Assembly (NCBI GenBank): GCA_951406725.2
Contig: OX597815.1
Location: 48,918,001-48,982,000 of the forward strand
Length of the DNA stretch: 64,000 bases
DNA from: Octopus vulgaris
Taxonomy: Eukaryota
Direction: 5' to 3'
Part shown: positions 54,860-64,000 of the stretch, one piece after another
How the letters are laid out: each line of letters begins with the position of its first letter
Numbering within the stretch: position 1 is the first letter of the stretch
The notes under the pieces: model-generated
The model's input: the letters and a program-made list of their open reading frames with translations, nothing else
Told to the model about the DNA's origin: nothing
The model's database searches: none
Made by a program: the position numbers and the translations under genes

Positions 54860-56058
54860 TAGCTTTTGCTCCACGTCTTTATATAATAAAGTTACTACCA
54901 AACAATGTTCTCACAAGATGGGATTTGAAAAGTATTTTCAGAGGTTTTCTGAAATGTGAGTCTTCTGGATAAGATTCGGTACGAGCTAAGCAACATTATT
55001 ACACTTCAACCCAGATTCAAAACTATCTTTGTTGGTGACTATGTCTCATTCCTTTCGCTCCTGTCCACAGCCCTCTATTGATTTGCAACTTGCTGGTTGT
55101 TATTATTGTTATTTAACCCTTGGTCAGCTTCATCGAGTTGAATTATTATCAACCTCATCTCAGCCATAAAATCACATAATTTGATCGACCTGCATAGGTT
55201 CTGTCTTATGACAGAATTCTGTAATTTGAGGAGAGGTTTGACTAGCATTTCTAGTTGCTCAGATGACCGCGTAGAGTTTCCTTCATGCACATCTTTGATC
55301 TTATACTTGCTTCAGTCATTGGACGGCAGCCGTGCTGGTGCATCCTCTTGAACGGTTCAGCAGAACAAATCGACTCCAGTACTTATCTTTATATCTGTTA
55401 TGGGGACATAAACAAACCATCACCAGTAGTCCAACAGCGGTGGGGAACAAACACAACAGAAACACACATGATGACAATGGTGATGATGGCGATGATGATG
55501 ATGATGATAATGATGATGATGATGATGGCGATGGTGGCAATGTTGTGCTCTTGGTGGTTATAAGGACAATTACGATGATGATGACAACGACGACGATGGT
55601 GATGATCATGATGGCGATGTTGTGCTGTTGGTGGCTATAAAGACGATCAGGATGGCGCAAATTATGATGATGATGATGATGATGATGATTATGATGATGA
55701 TGATGCACATAGTAACAGATTGTCAGCGTGCATATCTTCAAATATATATTTACGAGAGCTGTACATCATTGCATGTGTCAGTGCGAGTGCGTATATGCTC
55801 ATCAGTGCATATGTGTCTATAAGTGTGTGTGTGTGTGTGTGTGTGTGCGTGCGTGAGCGAGTGTGTGAAAGCATTAATCTGCGTGCGTATGCATGCCTAT
55901 GTCTGTGTAACGGCGATTGCAAGTATGTGTAAGAGTGTATATGTTTACGGAACTGTCTATGTTGGTGACTGTATATCGGATAGTGAGATAATACCGCAGC
56001 GGACCAGTCAATATTATGAACTGACTGTTAGACATATATCCATACGTGCATATCTATC

Positions 56059-56090
<32 letters not shown>

Positions 56091-56096
56091 TATATG

Positions 56097-56141
<45 letters not shown>

Positions 56142-56371
56142 GTAAATATATATATATATATGAATGTATGCATATGTGTGGTTGAGCATCTGTGTATGTG
56201 TGTATTAGCTTATACAGTACATGTGTGCGCATCAATTCTTAAAAGTATCTACAGTAGTAGACTGGTTAGTATAAATGAAACTTCCTCTATGTAATAGTAT
56301 GTTTATGGATTAGTATGAATACGTGTGTGTACATAGGTACGTGTGTGCGTACGTATATGTGTGTGAGAGTT

Positions 56372-56416
<45 letters not shown>

Positions 56417-56595
56417 GTGTGTGTGTTTATGTGTGTGTAAAGGAGTATGCTTATTATCCAATGATTTAGTATTGGCCAGCGTGGACAGTGGCTGGTTTAC
56501 ATAGCCAGAGTTATGGTTGATTAGTTGATATGCCTGTTATAAGTATGTATGTGTGTACATACACATACATATACATGCACACATATACATACTTG

Positions 56596-56635
<40 letters not shown>

Positions 56636-56745
56636 AATATTCATATAATTATATATATGTATACATAAGATTATATATACACACGTATAAATATTTATTT
56701 GTCTCTCTATACATATTCATATGCATACATTCATACATACATACA

Positions 56746-56792
<47 letters not shown>

Positions 56793-57187
56793 GGATATAT
56801 ACAAATATCCATATAATCATGAATAAGCATACAAATTATTATATATAATCACATAAATATTTGTATATATATATATATATACATATATACATAAAAATGT
56901 ATCCCTACGTATACAAATATATATATATGCACACAAACACGCACACACACTTATACATAGACGCATATGTAACTCAGAAGATTGCATTCTGAGCTTTGAC
57001 AGAGCTATGTCAGTTATTAAGCTGGTATCATTCTGGATTAGTCAAACAGTTTGATGTGAATGTATGCGTATATGCGTAGGTGTATATGTGCATGCGTGGT
57101 TTTTATTGAATATAATTGTTTATTACTCAATAGCAACATTAACTGCTGGTGAAGCCTGTATATGTGGCAGAGAGAGAAACGGTAAGA

Positions 57188-57236
<49 letters not shown>

Positions 57237-57705
57237 GTTAGTGAGAATCTTTTACCAGATCCAGTGATGTTATAATGAGATTATAGTGTAAATATGGGAA
57301 GCATTAGTCGGATAATCCGGTCTCTTTTCATCTCTTAAGATGTCTCTGTTGTGATACAGTCGTGTTGTGTTTAGTGATACGATGTATAAAATCACCATAT
57401 TAGGGTACTGTGTATATAGTGACAAAAGTACATCAGGACATTCATCTATCCTTCTAAATGTATATATCTACAGCATAGACGTTCATATATACACGCGCGC
57501 GTGTGTATACATACATACATGCATACATTCACACATTCAGATATATATATATATATATACATTCTTTTATTATTTTATTAGTTCCAGCCATGCGGCTGCG
57601 GTAATGCTGGAGCACCACCATATATAAAGATATGTACATTCATTTTTAACATGCTGAGGTCAAGTTGTCTCTTTGGAGGGTCATTTACAAGTAAAAACAC
57701 ACACA

Positions 57706-57770
<65 letters not shown>

Positions 57771-59039
57771 CGCTACAGTTTCACTTATATAATTAGCGGC
57801 CTTATCTTAACGGCATTTCGTCCGTCTTTTCGTTCTGAGTTCAAAATACTCCGACATCGTCTTTACCTTTCATCCTTTCGGAGGTGTGTGTGTGTGTGAG
57901 GTGCGGGAGAGAGAGAGAGAGAGAGAGAGGGGGGAAGAGAGAGAGAGAAAGAGAGAACATAAGTGTAAGTTGGTCATTGTTTAGCTCCAGGTCATTCTTG
58001 ATCAAACAGTGGTATGATCAAAGATATTCCAGCCGTGACCTATATGCAAGGAACTCAGAACCAAATGGTCAAATATAATTTCTGGATCTTCAAGATCGTA
58101 GAGTATGATTTGAGAAATATTTGGTTGCTAGTTCTAGCAGTTCGAGAGACCATGTATAGGCTCCCACGTTGACTTACTTGTAAGCATATTTCTGTATCGG
58201 GTTGGTGTTTGTTGGGTCATCGACATTGATCATTGCTTAGTCTGAAACATGACAACCTGACTAACGCCAAAACCGGTGTCTTCATCTCTTTCTACCATAC
58301 TTACCCTTCCTTAACCTGTGTCACTCTTACCCTTCTCTCTTCCATCATCTACTATCTGTGTCTCCTATCGCCTTTCTACTATAGGCACAAGGGCCAAAAC
58401 TGTGAAGTTTCTGTTAGGATTTCAGTCGATTACATCGACCCAGTGCTCGATTAGTACTGTTTAGAAATGCTGCCAACCATTTCGTCCGGCGCGCTAACGA
58501 TTCTGCCAGCTCGCCGCCTTCATCCGTGTCACAATATCGGCAAAGAATCCTCTCTACTCTTTCCTTCTGTCTTTCCTTATGTTCGTTATACTCTCTCTCT
58601 CCTCCTACAACTGCGTCACTCTATCGGCAAAGATTATATCTATATGGTCATGTCAGCTTAATCTAATCAGGAAATCTAATAACCATATAAAGATATCCAA
58701 CGATTGGCTGAACAGTAGAGAATTGGCGGTGAAGGTTACATAAAACGGAGACCAGCAACAGCGTCATCACAATCTCCGCATTACCACTGTTAACAATACT
58801 GCCATTGGGCCAATGAGATTACCTCTAAGTGGACAGTCAGATTGCAAGAAATGACAGTCAACTTTCTCTCAAATAAAAGGAAAATAAAAGAAAGGAGATT
58901 TGAGATAATGATAGCTTTAGATAACTCTAAAAATACGAGATTGTCATGAAGGGAACGTCTTTGGTCAAAGGTCTACTCGATCAAGTTTGAAATCGGGTTA
59001 AACAAAAATATCAGCTTCAGCATGCGCCCCTCCCCCGCA

Positions 59040-59435
59040 CAATTATTTTGGTACAAGACCAGCAATTTTGAAGTGAGGGAGTAGGTCAATTATATCGATC
59101 TCAGTAATTCTCGAAAAAAATGAAAGGTAACATTGCTGAGGTTTGAACTCGGAGGATAAAGGGTATGGAGAAGTTCCTCGAAGCATTGCTTCCAGGACTC
59201 TAAAGATCCTGCCAGCTTACCGCTTTAAGAAGGGTAATAATAGTAATAATAAACCTTTCTACTATTGGCACAAGGCCTGAAATCTTGGGGAAGGGGATAG
59301 TCGATAACATCGATCCCAAAAGCATGAAAGGCAATGTCGACCTCGACGGAATTTGAACACAGAACGTAACGACGGGCGAAATGCCTTTAAACATTTCATC
59401 TAGCGCGCTAACAATTGTGTCAGCTCGCCACCTTA
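59040..59435 (-). mobile_element. Two degraded SINE family B copies
   Basis: Family B tails and gaatttgaac motifs. Confidence 0.7.
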
Positions 59436-59479
59436 GCTAATAATAACAACAACAACAGCAACAATAATATTAATTAATA

Positions 59480-59670
59480 ATAAATGCCCCAATGCAGTAT
59501 CAGGCAGTGGCTCTCATGGCTTCTGATCTTAACTAATTGGAAGTGTTATCATGTACATTGTTTTGTTTTGGTATAAAAGATGGGCTACAGCAAATATTCT
59601 GCTCAATATCACAGATTTGCTTGTCAATTACTTGACCATAACAAGTTGAGCATGTCCTTTGGTGGTAGTA
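59480..59670 (-). mobile_element. Probable retroelement 3' end with (TTA)n-like tail
   Basis: A complex sequence ends abruptly in an AT-rich triplet tail on the minus strand. Family not identified. Confidence 0.35.
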
Positions 59671-59974
59671 CTGCTGGAATATTTTCCACATCATACAAAT
59701 GATATAGCGCCCACGGCGACGATGGGGGGGGGGAATAAAGATTGAGTTTCTCGAGTCGATCCCAATAACCAAGACCTGACATGCTGTCTATATTCCTAGT
59801 AATGGAGCTCTAGGGTGCTTTGATTAATACAGTATCCTGTTTCAAGTAGAGAGACCACAGTATTCAAGGTGAGGAGGGGTGCAGCAGGAGAAGTGAGGAA
59901 TAATGGTAGGAGTGTCTCTGGACCGAAACATATATATATATATGTATATTATATTATACACATAGTATGTGTGT

Positions 59975-60362
59975 ATTCTTTTACCTGTCTCAGTCATTTA
60001 ACTGCGGACACGCTAGAGCACCGCCTTGAAGGATTTTAGTCAAACAAATCGACCCCAAGACTTATTTTTTAAGGCTAGTACTTATTCTATTGGTGTATTT
60101 TGTCAAACTGCTAAGTTACGGGGACGTAAACACACCAACATTGGTTGTCAAGCAATGATGGGGGAACAAACACACACAGTCATATGCACACACACATATA
60201 TGTATATGTAGTCGGGCTTCTTTCAGTTTCCGTCAACCAAATCCACTTACAAAGCTTTGGTCGGCCCGAGGCTATAGTAGAAAACACTTTCTCAATGTAC
60301 CACGCAGTGGGACTGAACCCGGAATCGTGTTTGGGGAGCAAGCTTCTTACCACACAGCCACG
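59975..60362 (-). mobile_element. SINE family A full-length copy
   Basis: Collinear with the reverse complement of 19479-19881. Confidence 0.88.
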
Positions 60363-61359
60363 CTATACCTGTTCCGTTAATGCATAGGTTACAGTTGCAA
60401 ATTAAGATACGCAGTTCTACAGGAAGTATAGTTATTTATTTGATGTGTAGTATTTGTTTTTTAAAATTCTGTTGTAGTAAACCTGCTTCTTACGGAATAT
60501 GCATGCTCCTGACAAGGTACCCCAACTTCGACATTCGAATTTTGAATAGATCGAAAGAAGAAACTAATGCAGCCTGTTAATAAAAGAAGAGGTTTCACTT
60601 TTAATAAATAAACATATAATACTCCACTCTGTTATAAACCAGTATTGAGTTCTTTATTCATGTCTGTATGTTTTTGTAATAAAAACAGAAACACACTCTT
60701 TGATCTCTCTCTCTCTGTATATAAATAGAACACACATATATATATATATATATATAAATATATATATATATACATATACACACACATACATACATACAAC
60801 TCCCACTCTGTCTATATATATATATGTGTGTATGTGTGTGCGCGTTATTTGCATACAAATATGCACTCATTTACGTAAGAAACTGGTTTCACAGTCTGTG
60901 AAAAACGTGAATGAGAGGATAGATAACATGTTAACACTTGGCTGGCTGGGTGGGGTTCTGAGAAGCACTGTGCTGAGTATCAGCTTACAGTTGGTCATAT
61001 TGTATTTGATATCCTTAGCGCTAATACTGCTGCTGGCTTTAAATGAGTTTGGAGCCCAACATCATTATGAATTATCCTTTAGAAGTCGTTGCTATTGTTG
61101 TTGTTATTATTGTTATTATGGCTGTTGTTTGTTGTAAGTTTTTGCTGCATTTTGTTACTATTCTGGTTAGTGAAAGCGAATTCGTGCGAAAATGATGAAG
61201 CAGTAGACAAGACAAAATAGCTCCACAGTATTGAGTTTCGTATGGTCCTTCTATGTACACCGGTTCCAAATCCGTGCAATGGATTTCTTGTCTGGTCCCT
61301 GGTTGGCCTTGAATGGGCAAGATTTATAGAGTGACCCTCATTATTATTTTATTTTATCG

Positions 61360-61560
61360 GGGCGGCGAGCTGGTAGAATCACCTGGCAAAGCGCTTAGCG
61401 GCATTTCATCCGTGTCTAAGTTCTGAGTTCAAATTCCGCCGAGGACGACTTTGCTGTTCATTCTTTCGAATTAAGTACCAGTGAAATACTAGGGTCGATG
61501 TAATCGACTAGTTTGTTCCCTCAAAATTTCAGGCTTTGTGCCTTTAGTAGAAAGGATTAT
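61360..61560 (+). mobile_element. SINE family B copy
   Basis: ggcggcgagctgg...gagttcaaattccgccgagg; tail gtgcctttagtagaaaggattatt. Confidence 0.85.
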
Positions 61561-61587
61561 TATTTAATTTACTTCAATTAATTAATT

Positions 61588-61871
61588 GTGGAGGCATATG
61601 GCCTAGTGGTTAGAGCAGCGGACTCGCGGTCGAGGTATCGCAGGGTCGAATCTCAGACCGAGTGATGTGTGCACTTATGAGCGAAACACCAAAGCTCCAC
61701 GCGGCTCCGGCAGAAGGTAATGGCGAACTTCTGCTGACTCTTTCTCTCTTCATTCTCTCACTCTTTCCTCTTTTAGCTCACCGCGACGTCCCGTCCAAGT
61801 GGGGAACCAATACGCCAAGGAAACCGGGAAAGCGGCCCTTATGAGTCAGGCGTGGCTCGAGAAGGAACAAA
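61588..61871 (+). mobile_element. tRNA-Arg(TCG)-like SINE with V-domain-like segment and 13-bp TSD
   Basis: tggcctagtggttagagcagcggacTCGcggtc...gggtcgaatctc; gacgtcccgtccaagtgggg. TSD caattaattaatt at 61575-61587 and 61872-61884. Confidence 0.85.
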
Positions 61872-62052
61872 CAATTAATTAATTAATTTTTTTGAGATGC
61901 TATTGTTCTTTCCTTAGTTGTCGTTTTGAGACACATAGTTATATTCAGAGTGAATCCATTCACAGGGGCCACTATTGTCATTCACACTCATCTTTCGGCA
62001 AATTCATTCGAGATAGAGCACCATATCATCCTTTTCCGAGTGAAACTTGACT

Positions 62053-62438
62053 GGCGCAGGCGTGGCTGTGTGGGAAGAAGCTTGCTTCCAACGTCATGGC
62101 TTCGGGTTCAGTTCCACTGCGTGATACCTTAGGTAAATATATTCTGCAGTCTCGGACCGACCAACGCCTTGTGAGTGGATTTCTTAGATGGAAACTGGAA
62201 GAACCACGTTGTGCATACACACACACACACACACGTGTGTGTCCCCATCTGCCATCGCATGATAACCGGTGCTGGAGTGTTTACATTCATGTGACTTAGC
62301 GGTTCGGCAAAGAGGCCTGATAGAATAAGCTACAGCTTCACAAGAAAAATAAGTACAGGAGTCGATTCATTCGACTAAAAATTCTTCAAGGTGGTGCCTC
62401 AGCATGGCCAAAGTTTAATAACAGAAACGAGTAAAAAG
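62053..62438 (+). mobile_element. SINE family A full-length copy
   Basis: Runs from ggcgcaggcgtggctgtgtgg to cagcatggcc...gtaaaaga. Confidence 0.88.
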
Positions 62439-62669
62439 ATACGCTAAAAAGAAGTCTGCGCTCATTTTAGTTGCGCCCACCATACGACCTCTTATGCCGA
62501 AAACCACCTGACTTTGGAAACCTGCCCAAAGAAAGGACGAGAGCAGTATGATTTTCACCATGAGCTCTGTTGATAACCGGATCCTTCTAGTTGCGATAAC
62601 AGTAAATCGATAAAACTCCAAAAGTTAGAAACTCTGACACAGGATCGGCGCTGATTGCGCTACTGCGTT

Positions 62670-63305
62670 TGGCGAATTGGCGGTATCATTAACGCATCGG
62701 AAAAATAAAGTCTGGTAGCATTCACTTCGACTCAAATGCTGCTGAGGTCAACCTTGCCTTTCATCCCTCAAGGGTTGATGAAACAAAGTGACAATAAAGT
62801 ACTAGTTTCGATAATACTCACCTCAAAATTCCAAGCCAGAGAGTTGATAAAATCGTTAGAGGGTCGAAAAATATTGCGCTACAGCGTTTGCGTCGGCTCT
62901 TTACCTTCAGAGTTCAAATCCTACAGAGGCCAACTTTGCTTTTCATCCCTCCAGGGTCTATGAAAAAAAGTACAAATGAAGTACCAGGCGCGATAATGGT
63001 TTCAAATTTTGTCACAGGGCCAGCAATTTCGGGGAGGAGGTAAATCAATTACATCAACCCCAGTGCTCAATTGGTATTAGTTTTATCGACTCCGAAAGGA
63101 TGAAAGGCTAAGTCTACCTCGGCGGAACTTGAACTCGGACTGGGCTCGATAATATTGACCTCAAAATTTCAAGCCTTGTGTGTTTTACTTTAAGGCAGCG
63201 AGCTCTCAGAAGAGTTAGAGCGTCGGTAAGTAATGCTTAGCGGTATTTGTTCCGTATTTTTATTTTTTATTCTTTTTACGTTTTGAGTTCAAATCCTGCT
63301 GAGAT
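62670..63305. mobile_element. Cluster of degraded SINE family B fragments
   Basis: Several gagttcaaatc and ctttcatcc motifs in both orientations. Confidence 0.65.
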
Positions 63306-63428
63306 CAAATAGTAGTATTTGATACTAGTGTTATTACATTAGCTGATTTAATTGTCTTTGTAATTGCTACAGTAAAAACTTTCACTACTACAACCATCAC
63401 CACCACCACCACCACCACCACCACGACC

Positions 63429-63532
<104 letters not shown>

Positions 63533-63872
63533 TAATAATAATAACGGTATTAATAGTGGTAGTATTGGCACTAGTAGTAGTAGTAGTAGTAGTAGCTGTT
63601 GCTGGTGGTGTTTTTACTATTGTAGATTTAACTGCTGTAGTAGCAGTAGTTGCTGTTGTTGTAATATTTATTGCTTCTTTATTAGGTGTTGCTAGTGTAT
63701 GTGTGTGTGTGTGTGTGTGTATGTGTGTGTGTGTGTGTGTGTGTCCGCGTGTGAGTGTATATATATATATGTATATATGTATGTACGTACGTACGTATAC
63801 ACACACATACAAATTTACATATATATATATATATATACATGTATATATATACATATATACATATATACATAC

Positions 63873-63965
<93 letters not shown>

Positions 63966-64000
63966 CATACATACATACATACATATATATATATATATAT

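Noticed and set aside
61200-61320. Weak resemblance to a mariner TRQ...PY segment on the minus strand
   Set aside because: Too few matching residues, no YSPDL motif and no TIR.

Overview
This is AT-rich, repeat-saturated eukaryotic non-coding DNA (intron or intergenic). The dense (TA)n/(CA)n/(TACA)n/(TAGA)n/(AAT)n microsatellites and the set of tRNA-derived SINEs suggest an octopus genome (inference). I found no host protein-coding exon, and almost all listed ORFs are microsatellite read-throughs. Recognisable content: many copies of about 6 SINE families, fossil LINE fragments (L1/Tx1-type RT; RTE 3' end), fossil mariner and Tigger transposases, several MITEs, four non-autonomous Helitrons and a 5.8S rRNA fragment. 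The main signal is a set of at least four unrelated small elements carrying type I hammerhead-ribozyme motifs, most with the inverted 3'-end duplication typical of Penelope-like elements (PLEs). One family has three copies and joins a tRNA/Pol III head, (AAT)n and a hammerhead-bearing tail; two of these copies have 12-bp TSDs. It is a candidate PLE-mobilised ribozyme SINE. All calls were made by eye; coordinates of degraded repeats are approximate, and family labels A-E are my own.
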